A stretch of DNA of 64,000 nucleotides, from positions 36,505-100,504 of the forward strand of contig DF237288.1 in the NCBI GenBank assembly GCA_000708835.1, written 5' to 3'. The notes beneath the pieces are model-generated. The model saw nothing but the letters and a program-made list of their open reading frames with translations, did no database searches and was not told the DNA's origin. The translations under genes were made by a program, and so were the position numbers. Of this stretch, positions 15,826-29,240 are shown one piece after another. The DNA comes from Klebsormidium nitens. Its lineage: Eukaryota > Plantae > Klebsormidiophyceae. Numbering within the stretch: position 1 is the stretch's first letter; every line of letters starts with the position of its first letter.

Positions 15826-18550
15826 TCATTTCCGTTTACTTCGCCTCTTTTTAGTTGGTCGTGGTATTGACTGCAAAGATGTTGGGGTACTACTGACTAC
15901 TTCTGTTTGATGCATACTTGAAGCCATGGGCAACGGTTGCTGACCTGCTTCGTTCAAAGTTGGAATACCAAGTGCCTCTTTCACCTTCGGTACCTTGAGA
16001 ACTGCAAGACGATTGGCATGTTAGGAGCAAAAGAAAGAGTAAGACTCGAAGGACACCAGTTACACCTCTGTCAACAAAGGACGGGGTTATATCCTTCCTG
16101 GCACTTCTCAGAAGCTTTAGCAGGAGGCAGAGGGCTTACGTGAGCTTTGCAGCAACGAGAAGAGGTTGGACGGGATCCAGTAGCAGAAGAGGGCCTGCAC
16201 ATAAAGCACGCACGTCAGAGCAAGCCCGATGTTGCTCACTTTGCACTTCCAATACAGAGACGACCACAGGGTGCCACTTGTAGGCACAAATCCGTGTTGA
16301 GCTAGCGAAATCACCAGCCCCGACACTGCAGGCAGAGGGCAAAGCGAATCAGGCGTCACCTTCTCAAAGGACATGGTGAGGGGAACCATGGCCACCCCCA
16401 GGACGCGCATCGCCATTTTCATGGTCTTGGCCATGGGCTGCCCCTGCATGCCCTCCATGGCTCCCACCTGAGAAACGAGAGCGACAAGTTAGAGAGACTT
16501 CACGATAGGCAGGCGCCAGGAAGTTGCAGGGATGCCATGCCTGGTGGCCCTGCTGAGGGCCAACCCCAGCGAGGCTTCGATTCATGACCACCAACGCTTC
16601 ATGGTACAATGGAGACAGCAACCGCAGATATGGCATACTCTGAGAGAGATTGTGCGCAGCGAAAACGGGGGCTAGCCTGCAACCTGCAGCGGCTCGCAAA
16701 GGATTCGCTCTTTGGGACATGATGTGCGGGCAGGGCCGTGCTCACCTCAACAGTGATCAGGAAGGTGGCAGCGCAGATGGTGGGCAGCAGGTAGGTGGGG
16801 TCAGCGCCAGACAGGTCCGTGAACCAGAAGAGGCCCCCTTCCTTGAACGACGGCAAATTCTCTGACATCCGCCGAATCTGAGAAGATGGATCCATTGGTC
16901 CAATGAAAGACGGCAGGAAGTGCCGGGTCATAGCGAGGTGCAATTCGATGGCTACCCAAAGATAAGCTGACTAACACCCTTCTGCACCGGATCAAGGGAT
17001 TATGAGCTGCATCAGCTTACCGCCAAGAAGAAGCCAATGAAGAGGGGAGCTTGTGCAAACGCCCCTGCCATCGTCTTGAGCGGATTCACATTGTATCTGC
17101 ATGCGGAAGGAAGAGACCACCCTTGAACTTGCAGTACATGGTTTGGAAGCAAAGGGATCTATGCACGCTGTCAAGAAACACAGCCATTTCCCAGTCCTTT
17201 CACCACTGAAAGGCTTTCCCAGCACCAGGTGCTTCTTGAGGTACTACCAGCGAAAAGGCCATATCCCAAATAGGAAACAACCGCTGATTCACGGCTTGGC
17301 CTGCTCTGCTGCCCTTACTTCTTCATAACTTCTGACATCTGTCGCTGGATCTCCTGCGTCGCCTGGTGGTCGGTTACCTGCACAAGGATGCCAACACACT
17401 CAGAACCTACCCAACGTTAAGGTGAATGTGCCGGCCAGCTCAGACTAAGATTGGACAAGCAACACGCTAACTGGGTTGCTCGTTCAAAGGGTTCACTTAC
17501 ATTCTCCCTCATCTTCTTGGACAGCACTTCCAGCTCAGGGCGGGCCGCCTGCATACAAGGGCAGCCAGTGAGCAGGCCAGACAGAGGGATCATCCTACGG
17601 GAAGTTGCTGGCACAGACAGACGGGAGGGCGCCGCCAGGACACTGGAGCACAGTCAGCAGCGTAGCAGAGACACATGCTGGAAGCGTTTCAAAGGAAAGA
17701 CGCAGTCGTGGGGCGCACCGACATCCTGGCCGTTGATCGCATCTGGAAGAGGGTGATGGGGAAGAGGCAGGCGCGCGCAGTCAGAGTGGTGGCGGCGATG
17801 GTGGCCCACCTGCAGGCCGCAGCGCACGCGGGGGAGTGAGCCCCAGCCAGAGGCAATCAGGCGCCAGAGCACTGCAACCACTATGCGAAAGGTAGATCTG
17901 CTACAAGTAGTGCAGTGCGCCGTCTTATTCAAGGGTAAAAGCGCTTCGCCTGGGGGTAAAAATAGAGGCAGGGACATCTCCCCCTTGCGTGACAAGGTAG
18001 TCAGATGGATCAAACCTCTAGAGCCCATGTCATACTGCCACACCATTACCAATTTCTGCCCACAGGCGCTTGATGTGACTGTGCCTGAGGACTGCGCTGA
18101 ATGCTGTGCCTACCAGGGCAGGCCGGTGTACTGGTGCATCGCCTCCAGCATGTACTGAATGGCAGCGATGGGGGCCGCCGATTCGCTGGCGATGGCGGCC
18201 ACCTCGCTGCCCCCGCTGGCAGCCGCGACAGACACACTCTGTACCACCTCTGCAGCAGCAGCATCAGCGGGCGAGCTGCTGAAGCACCGGCCTCCGCCTG
18301 ACGCCCACAGGGTTGCGGGGAGCAGCCCACATGGCAGAAGAGGCCCCTGGGAGAGACGATTGTGGCCACTGCTCAGGCCAATGACACCTGCCTCCAGCTT
18401 GGAGGGGGACGACGCTGCTTGACGGGTCCCATCAGGAGGCTCGTCATCTCGGACTGGCCCAGCCCAAACATGAGCAGCGCTGAGCGCATTGAAATGCCAA
18501 TGCTCTGCGGCGCGCACGCCAAGGCGCAAAGAACTGCGAAGGCGCAGCAT
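15826..18550 (-). CDS. OXA1: Mitochondrial inner-membrane insertase OXA1 (YidC/Oxa1/Alb3 family)
   Basis: Arg/Ser-rich presequence MLRLRSSLRLGVR. Core: HQYTGLPWWATIAATTLTARACLFPITLFQ, YNVNPLKTMAGAFAQAPLFIGFFLA, PSFKEGGLFWFTDLSGADPTYLLP, ALFCYWIPSNLFSLLQ. Final exon LKVPKVKEALGIP...PTKKRRSKRK* has a basic tail and no TPR domain. Confidence 0.93.
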
Positions 18551-19045
18551 TGCAAGAAAAAGAGCAGCGCCGATGCCACTACCTGACCCTGCCGCTACCA
18601 ACTACCAGCCACGCTCAACACGCAGCGCCGCTGCCACTGCCAGCCAGGTAACTTTGAATTTCAAAGCGTGGGCAATTTGCCTGAGCCTCATGTGCAGTGC
18701 AGCAACTTCGTCCCTTTGCCCAGTATTCTTCCACTAGAAGTGGCAGGGTTAGATGAACTTGATTAGAATTGGTTGTTTCTTTCACGATTTAAGGCTTTGA
18801 CTGTGAGCTCAGTTCTAAGAGTTGTACAGATGCGGCTTTTGGCAACCGTGCGGCGGCGGCTCCGTGCCTCTTGCCACGGAACTTTTTACTCCCCAATTTG
18901 GTTGATCAAGAGTTTCCAAGTTTAGCACAATGTGCATGATGATTGGTTCCATTCTTGCAGACTCCAAAACTACTTGAAGTTGAAGTAGCCTACTTGTCCG
19001 CTGCCTCATCGGATGCTGTAGTACATGCAGTGTGTACTACTACTA

Positions 19046-19068
19046 GACTCCGAGTCCGACTCCGAGTC
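19046..19068. promoter_or_regulatory. Tandem GACTC-C-GAGTC palindromes in the OXA1/SPT16 bidirectional intergenic region
   Basis: GACTCCGAGTC at 19046-19056 and 19058-19068. Regulatory role inferred from position only. Confidence 0.35.
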
Positions 19069-19282
19069 GCTTCCAAATTTGGCGCCAAATCTTCCTCACT
19101 GGGCTTTCATTGTTTCATTGTCAACAAAGCTTGAATAGTGCAAGCGCCAACAACAATATTGAAGCTGGACAGGAGGTCTTCCCATGAGCCAAAGGTTCCG
19201 GGCTCGGGAGAAGCGCTCACGAGGCTGTCAAGGCTGAGGTAGCCATGAGATTTGTTTTCTGGATGGTACATGCACCCCAGTG

Positions 19283-19330
19283 TTGCGAAGGCTGAGGGTC
19301 CCCTTCATCAATTGCGAAGGCTGAGGGTCC
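19283..19330 (+). repeat. Direct repeat TTGCGAAGGCTGAGGGTCC x2 (29-bp period) just upstream of the SPT16 start
   Basis: Exact 19-mer at 19283-19301 and 19312-19330; a third AAGGCTGAGG core lies near 19230. Confidence 0.8.
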
Positions 19331-19407
19331 TCTTCGACGGCGCTTCCCAGTGAACACACAGTTCCATCATTGCTTGGCGTCATCAAAATCTACTATAATT
19401 GGCGCTG

Positions 19408-22400
19408 ATGGCGGCCAATGGGAGCAACCCCGCTCCTTCGGAAGAGAGCATCGACAGCGCCACCTTCAGCAGCCGCCTGCAGACCTTGTATGCCAGCTGG
19501 GAGGTGAGGGTCACCCTGCTACTTCGGCATGCCACCCACCATGACCTGGCCACACAACATTTGCGCGTTGCGTTTTGAGTGCTCTGTGGCTGCATCATTG
19601 AGACTTGACATAGCGCCTACTCATTTCCCTGCAGGCTTCGCGCGCATCGCTGTGGGGTGGTGCGCAGGCACTGGCGGTGGCCAGCGGGCCGGGCAGCGAG
19701 GACCTACGGTACCTTAAGTCTTCCGCTTTGCAGCTCTGGCTCCTCGGGTAAGGGCACCGGCCAGTGCCACCACGCGCATATGAGGGATCAGGGAAGGGCC
19801 AGCTGTGTTGTTTGCTGTGGATTGACTATCATTGGTTATGCACCTTCTGCCCAGAGAGTCACCAATCTCGCGGTTGTTTGCAGGTTTGAGTTCCCAGAGA
19901 CCATCATGGTGTTCCTTGCCGGAGGCGTCCACTTCATCTGCAGCAAAAAGAAGGGTGAGATCCTCTGTCAATTGAACCTCCTGCATGTCAGCATTAGCAC
20001 TTGTCCGCATACCAATCAAGCAATCTTCTGGGTATTAGCCCCACCAAGGTTGCCTGACACAGCTTTATTTTTTCTTGCAGCTGGTATGTTGGAGGCGGCC
20101 AAAGCAAGCTTCCCTGAAGACCTTAAAGTGCAGGTAAGTTTCTCGCACCGACCGGCTCACGCATCTGCCTTCAAGTGGAAATTTTCAATCTAGGCTTGTG
20201 TGCAAATTGGGTCCACTATCCCCTCTGATGGCATTCCATTTGACCCGGCATGTGTTTGTCCAGGTCCAGATCCATGTGAAGGGCCGCAGCGATGACGGGG
20301 CCACCCATATTGCGGCGGTGCTGATTGCGCTCAAAGAGAGCAGCGGGGCGACCCCGGCAGTGGGCTGGCTGCCCAAGGAGAAGCCGGAGGGCGACCTCAT
20401 GACCAGGTGGGCGTGGCAGGAAAAGCCCACCGCGCCGCTGGCCCCTGGCTAAACGCCATGCTGTCAAGCAGTGTGCCGGGCAGGAGCGAAGCTGCCATCC
20501 TTTGTTGGCTGTTGTGGGCTCGTCGCTTACTGATGGGCCCACGGCACTCCGCTGCAGGTGGGCGAGTGCGCTGTCTGCGAGTGGGGCGACGCTGGTGGAC
20601 GCCGCGCCCGGGCTGGCGTACCTGCTGGCCACCAAGGACGAGGCAGAGGTATGCACCGCAGCGGCATGGCAAAGACTCTGGGGCTGTGCCAGTCACGTCG
20701 TCGTGCTCCACGATTCGTGGCTACGCCTTTGCTCTACAGCTGACGAAATGTGTTGGGGTGTGCAGATCGTGAACGTGAAGCGGGCCGCCCTCCTGGCCGC
20801 CCAGGTCCTCAAGGTGGGCACTTGCTGCGTCCCTGGTCCAAATCAACTTCCTGCGATTTGCCGGTGTAGTTCAGTTTGTTACCTTCGAATCATGAGTCCG
20901 CAAGCGTAACACGTGGGTTGTTTCGGTTGCAGATGCACGCCATCGTGCAGGTCGAAGAGATCATCGACCAGGAGAAGACTGTAACGCATGCCAAGCTCTC
21001 CGAAGAGTGAGCCCTCTGTATCCAGCTCTTGCTGTGCCACGGGGGGGTATTTCCGTTTCTTTTGCAATTTGACGTGATGTTGTACCGCCCTGCCTGTTCC
21101 ATCCAAAAGCTCGATTCTTTGTTTGAGCATGCCTTGCTTCGAAGGTTGTGTCTGCCTAATGCTGGCTGTACTCGTGGCGCAGTGCGGAGGCAGCGCTGCT
21201 AGAGCCGTCCCGTGTCAAAGTTAAGTTGAGGTGAGAGGGTTTATGTTTCATGACAGTCTTTGAGACGTTGAGGCTGGAGCCGCCAACCTGTTGTGATGTT
21301 TCATCCCAACACGCCGACTGCAAGAAAAAGCTACTGTGCTGGCAGGATGTCTGTAAAATACTTTGGACGCAAAGCCGTCTTGCGTAGTGATTCAACTTTT
21401 CGTGACGAGGCTGCCTGACCAAGCTGTATTTGCTGGCCTTCAGGGCGGAGAACGTGGACTTGGCATATCCCCCCATTTTCCAGAGCGGGTGAGACATGCA
21501 ACCCAGATGCTTTTGTCTGGGACTAAATATATGTGTCCCCAAATATATATCTGGGGCTCTTGTACCGGTGCACAGCAAACGATTTGCTCAAGGCTTTTCT
21601 TTCAACTAGGGACTGAGGTTTCGTTGAGTGTCAAGGAGCTGATATGGGAACGACATCTAGGATTGCACAGCATCATGCACGATTAGATCAACAACCAAGA
21701 CTCGATGCGTGATGGCATGTGTTTGATCAAGGCTGCGCTTCACTCTGAGACACGCACTGTCACCGTTGTTTCCGTGTTCCGAAGAGCCGCTACATCAGCC
21801 TTCGCTCCACTGACACCCGTTTTCGTCGGTGACCTGCAGGGGGGAGTACGACATCCGCCCTGCTGCTGAGAGCAGCCCGGGAACTTTGGATTTTGGTGAG
21901 GCGCGGAAGGCACGGGCACAAGAAGCAGCAGGAAGATGCGAAGGGGCCGTTTCTTGTCGCTACATGTCAGCTGCTCCGGTCGCCCCCCTCTGATAGCGGG
22001 CGGCCATGCGCGAATTGGTCTTGCATGACTGCTTTGATAAGTGCCATGGTTGGTCGGACGTGCAGGGACGTGTGGGGTGATCCTGCTGGCCGTTGGGGCC
22101 AAGTACAACTCGTACTGCGCCACGCTGGCGCGCTCCCTCCTCATCGACTCCACCAAGAAACAGGAACAGGTCGGCCCACGTGCCTCCCTGCCATAGCCGC
22201 TCTCTGTCTCTCCAAGTGACTACGTCTGGGTGTCGAGTCGCTGAATCTTGCAAACGGCCTTAACTTGGAATCGATTTCGATGGTTGCAATTCGATGGTTG
22301 CGAAAGTCAGGGCGGAGGGCGAAACTGAATTCCCGGGAGGGAGAAAAGAGAACGGAGATCCAGCATGCAAACTTGTACTAGTTTGTTCAAGTTTCTTTGT

Positions 22401-25400
22401 TCGTAGATTCTGGATAGACATTGGAGAACGAGCCCCACTACTGGCCCGGTTTGTGGCGAGAGCAGGGCATTCACACTGCTGCTTTGCTTGTGTGCAGGTG
22501 TACAAGGCCTTGTTGCGTGCTCAGGAGGCGGTCATTGCCGCGCTGCGCCCTGGGGCGCGCCTGGCCGACGTTTATCAGGTGAGCCTTCCGCCCCTCCGGT
22601 CACGGATCTTTTCCTCCTGCTTCTCCCGGCTTGGCTGGCAGACCCGACCCGCTTCGCTCGCTGGCTCGAAAGCATCTTGGTTGTGGGCTATCAGAAGGTC
22701 CGCTCCTCGTCTCTTCATCATAATTGGCGGTTGTTTTCATCCAGGCGGGCGTAGCAGTGGTGCAGGCGGACGCCCCGGATGCAGTGCCCTTCCTGTCCAA
22801 GACGTTTGGCAGCAGTATCGGTGAGCGGCGCCTCCCGCCAGCTGCCTTTTTCTCCATGAACCTGCTCATTAGAGGCAGTCCGTGAGCGCACACCACCCCC
22901 TTTGGGTGCCCAATTTTGCGGTCTGCTTGCCCCGCCCCGGGTCGTCCAGCCCCATTGATCTGTGCGGCTTCTGTTCAGGGCTGGAGCTGCGTGAGGGCAC
23001 CTACTCCATCAGTCCCAAGAACAAGGAGACCGTGCGGCCCCACATGTGCTTCAACGTTGCGGTGAGCACCCCCGAAGCCAGCTAGCCGCAGCCACATCGA
23101 TAACCCCTCATCGATGAAGTGCCCAGGCCCAGACTCCCTTTGTGTGCTCATTTCGTATCCCTGCGCTCTTGCTGCTGGTCCCGGCCTGCTTTCCTCCTGC
23201 CGCCCTTCGTCTGTGTCGCGACCGTGTGCCTCCCCCCCCCGTGCAGCTGGGCGTGCAGGCGGTGCCCAACCCGGAGGCTCCGGCGGGGGCGTCCCGCGAG
23301 TACGCCCTGCTGCTGGCCGACACCGTCATCGTGAAGCAAGACCAGGCCGAGGTGCGACCCCGCTCCTCTCTCGCACACCTCCGCTCCCGTGTGACTGCCA
23401 CTCGTCTCGTATCATTGCTCTCCCCTTCGCTGCCCCTCTGGGTGTCCTTCGTCCTGACCGCCCTTCTCCTGCCGCTTGTCTGCAGGTGGCCACTGCCTCG
23501 TGCTCCCGCGCCTGGAACGAGATTGCTTACTCCTTCAAGGTGACCGCTGTCCCCTTGTCCGCGCTTTGTGCTTGTGCTGCTCGGTTGGCGTCCTGCTTTT
23601 CTGCGTGGCCTCTGCCTGTAACCACTCCTGCTTGTGGCCCCCCGCGCCATGGCCGTACTTGGCCCCGCCGGCTGATGACGCGAGCTGCTCCGCTGTGCAG
23701 GATGGAGACGACGAGGAGCCCGACGTGAAGCCGCCTCCCCCGCCACCGCGCCGGGCCGCTGCCGCCGTGGATGCGAAGAATACGCTGCGCTCAGAGAAGG
23801 AGCTGAACAAGGAAGGTAAGCCACCAGCATGGCCGCTTACTGGGCATCGATGTGACGGCCGGAAGAGAACGGCATGCATGATCGTCGTTGGCTTAAACTG
23901 GATTCTACGTCGTGGTATTGAAGGGGTTGTCCGCCGATGGGCCACCGAGCGCGCTCCTGGCCGTGTGCAGAGGAGCGCAAGCGGACGCAGGCGGAGCTGG
24001 TGGCGCAGAAGAACGAGGAGACGCGGCGCCGCATCCTGGACATGGCCAACGGAGGCGCAGGGGGCTCAGGCGGGGGCGCAGGCGGGGGCGGCGGGCGCGG
24101 GGGCGGCGGAGAGGTGGTGGCGTACCGCGGGGTGGACGACATTCCGAGCAGCCGCGAGCTGATGATCCAGGTGGACCAGCGCAACGAGGCCGTGCTGCTG
24201 CCCATCTACGGCCTCATGGTGCCCTTCCACGTGGCCACCATCAAGAACGTGACCAGCTCCCAGGACGGCGGCATCAGCCTGATCCGCATCAACTTCAACG
24301 TGCCCGGCGCAGCGTTCGGCGCGGGGTACACCCCGGCCGTGAAGTACCCGGACTCGGTGTTTTTGCGCGAGGTGTCGTACCGCAGCAGCGACGCGCGGCA
24401 CAGCAACCAGGTGGTGCAGCTGCTCAAGACGATGCGCCGCCAGGTGGCGCAGCGGGAGAACGAGCGGGCGGAGCGCGCCACCCTCGTCACCCAAGAGCGC
24501 CTCCAGCTCCTCAAGGGCCGCGCGCCTCGGCTGAGCGACGTCTGGATCCGGCCCAACTTTGGCGGGCGCGGCAAGAAAGCGACCGGGACACTGGAGGCGC
24601 ATGCTAACGGGTTCCGCTACGCCACCAACAAGGCGGACGAGCGGCTCGACATCATGTACGGCAACATCAAGCACGCCGTCTTCCAGGTGGGAACTCGCGG
24701 CGCCACGCCCGCAAAGCCCGCGCTCTTGACGCCTCCCGCTGCCTGGCTGCCCGTGTGCATGTTGGCCTGTCGCAGTGGGTGCTGACGGGTGGGCGTGCGC
24801 GTGTGCGTGGGTGCAGCCTGCGGACAACGAGATGATCACGCTGATCCACTTCCACCTGCACCACCCCATCATGCTGGGCAAGAAGAAGACGCAGGACGTG
24901 CAGTTCTACGCCGAGGTCATGGACGTCGTGCAGACCGTCCACAGCGGCCGCCGCGCCATGTGAGCCCCGCCGCACCCCGCTCCTGCCCGTCCCTCGACGT
25001 CCCCTGCAAGTTGCACGGACGGCCGGGTGCCCCGTGCGCCTTGGATGGTCTGGCAATGCGGGCAGTGCTGACGGGGTGCTGGCGCATTTGTGGTGCAGGT
25101 ACGACCCGGACGAGATCGAGGAGGAGCAGCGGGAGCGCGAACGACGCAACAAGATCAACAAGGACTTTGAAAACTTTGTGAAAAGGGTGAGGCACCGCCA
25201 CCCTTCGCCCGCCCCTGTTAGCAAACATCCGGTGGCCTCGTGAAGCATTCGATGACAATCTCTAGCGGCCCAGTCCTGGAGGCGCAGGCGCTGACGTGTG
25301 GCGTGCCGTTGTGGGTTGGGCGCAGGCGCAGGAGCTATTCGGGCAGCTGGACCTAGAGTTCGACGTGCCGTTCAACCAGTTCGCGTTCACGGGGGTGCCC

Positions 25401-27002
25401 TTCAAGACCTCCGCCAAGATCATCCCCTGCGTCAATTGCTTGGTTAGCCCCCCGCCCCTGCGTGCGCAACTCGTCAACGGCTCTTGCTTCGGAGTGCCGC
25501 AAGGGACAGCGGTGCAGCGGCTGCTGCAGACTTCGGCTCTCGCATCCTGCTGACGTTTGCGAGGAGCCCTTGTTGTGGATTGACATATCGATCCGGCTTG
25601 TTGCCTCCGCTTGTCGTACCCTCCGCACCATCAGCTAAGTCGTCGTGATGTCTGTACCTCGCTCGCCTGACCCGCGGTCGTACGTGCGTGCTGCGCCAGG
25701 TGTCACTGATTGAGGTGCCATTCCTGGTGGTGACGCTGGACGAGATCGAGATTGTCAGTCTGGAGCGTGTGGGAATGAGCAAGAAGAGCTTCGACATGAC
25801 CATCGTCTTCAAGGTGCGCCATGCGCCGCACTCGGCCCGCGTCTGCACGGCGCTGTACTGCCGCAACCCTAGCTCTCTGCCTTCCATACAAATATGTCTC
25901 TATTGTCGCCTTTGGGGCGCTTGCAAGTGTCCGACTTCTCAGGCAACTGCCCCGCTCTCTGCCTGCTTCTTCCTGTTGTTGCATCTCCTCTTCTGACCCG
26001 GCCCGGCTGTGTTGCCAGGACTTCCGGAAGGACGTCCACCGCATCGATGCTATCCCCACTGCCTCGCTGGAGATGATCAAAGAGTGAGCCGTCGCCCCCG
26101 GGCCACCAGCCTCCAACGTCCTCGCCCGAGTCTGCGGGTAGCCCAGCTTTTTGAAGCTTGGTGCAAAGCGCATTGCCAATAGCTGTCTCTGCCGACGGTC
26201 CCCGTCGTGTTTTGCTTGCTTGCGGGCGGGTGTGCCGGGGTTGCCTGACGGTGGCTGTTTGTTGGCGCTGCGTGCAGCTGGTTGACGAGCATGAAGATCA
26301 AGTACTATGAGAACCGGCTGAACCTGGTGTGGAAGCCCATTTTGCGCACCATCCTGGACGACCCCGACAAGTTCCTCGAGGACGGCGGCTGGGAGTTCCT
26401 CAACGCGGACGCCTCCGACGAGGAAGGCGGCTCCGATGAGGAGTCCGACGCGTACGAGCCGTCCGACGAGGAAGCCGCCTCCGAGTCGTCCGAGGTGCGC
26501 CCCGCCCCGCACAGCAGGCATGCACACATATGGCGTCGACCCTGCGGGTGCTCAGGAGTGCTGGCGTGAGGTGCTGTGCAGCGGGGATAAGTTCGCTCAC
26601 TTTGGCGGCTGCGCTGACGCGGTGGCGGGTGGGTGCAGGAGGAGGACGACGAGAGCGTGGTGGCGTCCGACGAGGACGACGAGGACGGCAGCAGCGGCAG
26701 CGACGAGGACGAGGAGGAGGGCATGGACTGGGACGAGCTCGAGGAGCAGGCCGCCAGGTGCGACGCCCGTCCCACACACTGGCCGCCACACCCAGCCCCT
26801 GCGCAGCGGGTTAATAACCAGCGACGTGCCGGTGGTGGTGTAACTGATGCCAGACTGACGCCATGCTGTGGGCTTGTGGTACAGGGAGGACCGGGATCGC
26901 AGCGATGAAGACGACAGTGAAGACGACCGGCGGCGGAAGAAAGGCAAGGGGCGGCCGCCAGACCGCCGGGGAGCGCCGCCGAGCAAGAAGATGCGGCGAT
27001 GA
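19408..27002 (+). CDS. SPT16: FACT complex subunit SPT16 (histone chaperone)
   Basis: [32 protein letters not shown]; [27 protein letters not shown]; [22 protein letters not shown]; GLELRE; [31 protein letters not shown]; [10 protein letters not shown]; DVQFYAEV; [13 protein letters not shown]; [14 protein letters not shown]; [19 protein letters not shown]. Acidic C-terminus ending PPSKKMRR*. Confidence 0.97.
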
Positions 27003-28227
27003 GGAGACCATCTCGAAAGCCCAAAGCCTTGGCCAGGGAACTGGTCGAGTTAAGACATCTGCGGAACTGCTTTGTTGGGCCGACACTAGAAAAGCATTCT
27101 GGGAGAGCTTCATTCCATCAGATGTATGTGCGATTTAACCACGATACAGGCCTTCGAAGATCGTGTGCAAGGCGTTTTATTGTCATTCTTTCGATCAATA
27201 AAGGCATGTAAAAGCGCTAATTGACAGCATTGTCGAGTACACTGCAAATGGCATGCAGTGTGCTGGGTGGTGCTGCTTGACAGCTGCAATCCTGTGCCAC
27301 AAGTACTTGATTACTTGTATGATCCCAAACCTATGCCATGCTAAACCGCCAGCTCGCCTTGGTCGCAAGAAATTAGATCGTGCAAACTCGGTCCAACATA
27401 GTCGGGATTTCCAAGTAAACCTTCATGCAGATTTCGGAGGCCAAATGTTGTTGTTGCACGTCACCGCAGTACAATCAGGTTAGGCAACGTTCGAATGTTC
27501 GAGTGGGCTCCCATGGAAATCTTCATATACGCATTGCACCCAGCCTTTCATCCATGCAGATTGTAGTATGGTCTCTTGCTTTTGAATGCCATGGTAAACC
27601 TGTTTGCGTCAAACTGGCCATTGGGCTTCAAATGCTTCGAGCTGCTTTTCGCAATCTTGACCGCCCGATCATCCCTCGATTCAAAGAAGCCACCGGACGG
27701 CTGAAGATCATGAGAATTCCATGCTCAAATTAAGCTGGAGCCTGAAATCCAATTTGGCAACCTTTTCATATGCCCATTTCGGTATGCATAAACACACTTA
27801 AGCCCGCCACCCTCTAATGAGTGGCAACCCGATGTCCTCTTCTCATAGCCCGACTGAATCGAAGTGCAGATCGATTCCGTCAAACAATCCTGCGAACAGA
27901 AACCCTTAATCCGCAAGCTGAACAAATCTTGCCCGCGGCGGCCATGCTCTTCACTGCTATTTGTGTGCTACCATATACCTATGTGGTAATTTTGGTCACA
28001 GGACCGATCGAAGAGTCCATGCGCGCTCATGTCCATATGAGTACCCACAACGAAGGGTTTGCTTGCGTAAGGGGGTTCGGCCGCAGAGTTGTGTAGCCTG
28101 TAGCCATTTTCATCATGGAAATTTGTTGATGCATCATGCTACAACTTTATCATTTATGTGTCACCCACAGAGGTAGAAAAAGGAGGTACCGGTACGTGCA
28201 AGTCTCAAGAGTTTTGGAAGTATAGGT

Positions 28228-28268
28228 ATTTAAGTCATGAGTCATGACTCCGAACTCATGACTTAAAT
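28228..28268. repeat. Perfect 15-bp inverted repeat enclosing TGAGTCA/TGACTC motifs upstream of NOT1
   Basis: ATTTAAGTCATGAGT (28228-28242), 11-nt spacer, ACTCATGACTTAAAT (28254-28268). A 12-bp palindrome GAGTCATGACTC (28239-28250) overlaps it. A (GAGTCCA)x3 GACTC run lies at 28411-28436. Confidence 0.8.
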
Positions 28269-29240
28269 CTCAAGTGTAGATTCTGAAGGATTCTGTGTCC
28301 CTCAGATTCTTGTGAGTGGTCGAATTGTTAATCCGACGGTTCTTATTTGCGGCCGAGGCAATCGATTATCAGAGCAGTACTTGGTACTTGCTAGGTATGC
28401 CGAGTTTCATGAGTCCAGAGTCCAGAGTCCAGACTCTGCACAGTGCTAGCGTTGGCAATATTGTGAGGTATTGTGCTGCATGGGGCGAACTGCAAATCCA
28501 ACTCTCGCCAAATTCCAGAGCCGTCTCTGGCGAGCGCACTGAAGCCTGAAGGCTGCAAAGCCTCTGGGGCGCATTGCCTTTGTTCGGAGCTGCTGAGCGG
28601 TTTTTGGCTGTCTGCCGCGTATTACGTGGCTCTGCTGTGGCGTGTGGTGTGAAGAAGAAGGTGAGAGGCGAAGCACATTGCTTGTAGATGTATTTAGACT
28701 TCTGGTGGTTAAATTGGGCTTGTGCTGCGAACAGATGGCTTCAACCAACTACGCTTTTAAGTTTTTTACTTTGAATCTTCAGCAGCTTGAGCTGATCTTT
28801 CTTGGCTTTTCAACGAGGGCAGCTGATCTCAGGAGATGAAGTTTTTGCATGTTCGTTGATTACTCATCATGGAATTTTGTGTTGCATGTTTTCAGAGGTC
28901 CCCGATGTGTGGATTACCTTCATCCACTTCTGATGAAGCCGTGTTTTGGAAGAACCTGAATGAAGCTTTACTCGTTGGCTGCTCGATTGGTGCTCGATTG
29001 CTGCCTGCCACTGTGCTGGCCATGTTTTGGAGAAAGTTTAGTAGATGAGACAATAGCTCAAAGTGTCAAATAGCATTCGCAGGCGTGTAATTTATTGTCC
29101 ATATGCTGGTAAAGGTAATATTTTCAGTTTGTCTCTTGAAGATGCATTCGTATTTCGGCTAGTAATGTATGCAATGAACTACGAATTGGTTTGCAGGTCT
29201 CCTATCCAATCCCTGGTGCTGCCTCCACCAAGCATCAAGC

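Noticed and set aside
21008-22070. Apparent 1-kb intron or missing segment in SPT16, possibly a transposon insertion
   Set aside because: It contains three small in-phase exons ([47 protein letters not shown]) that supply the expected sequence.
23108-26989. Long antisense and alternate-frame ORFs over SPT16 (also over DRP2 and ABC1K)
   Set aside because: Shadow ORFs expected from high GC3 coding sequence; Arg/Pro/Ala-rich with no recognisable domain.
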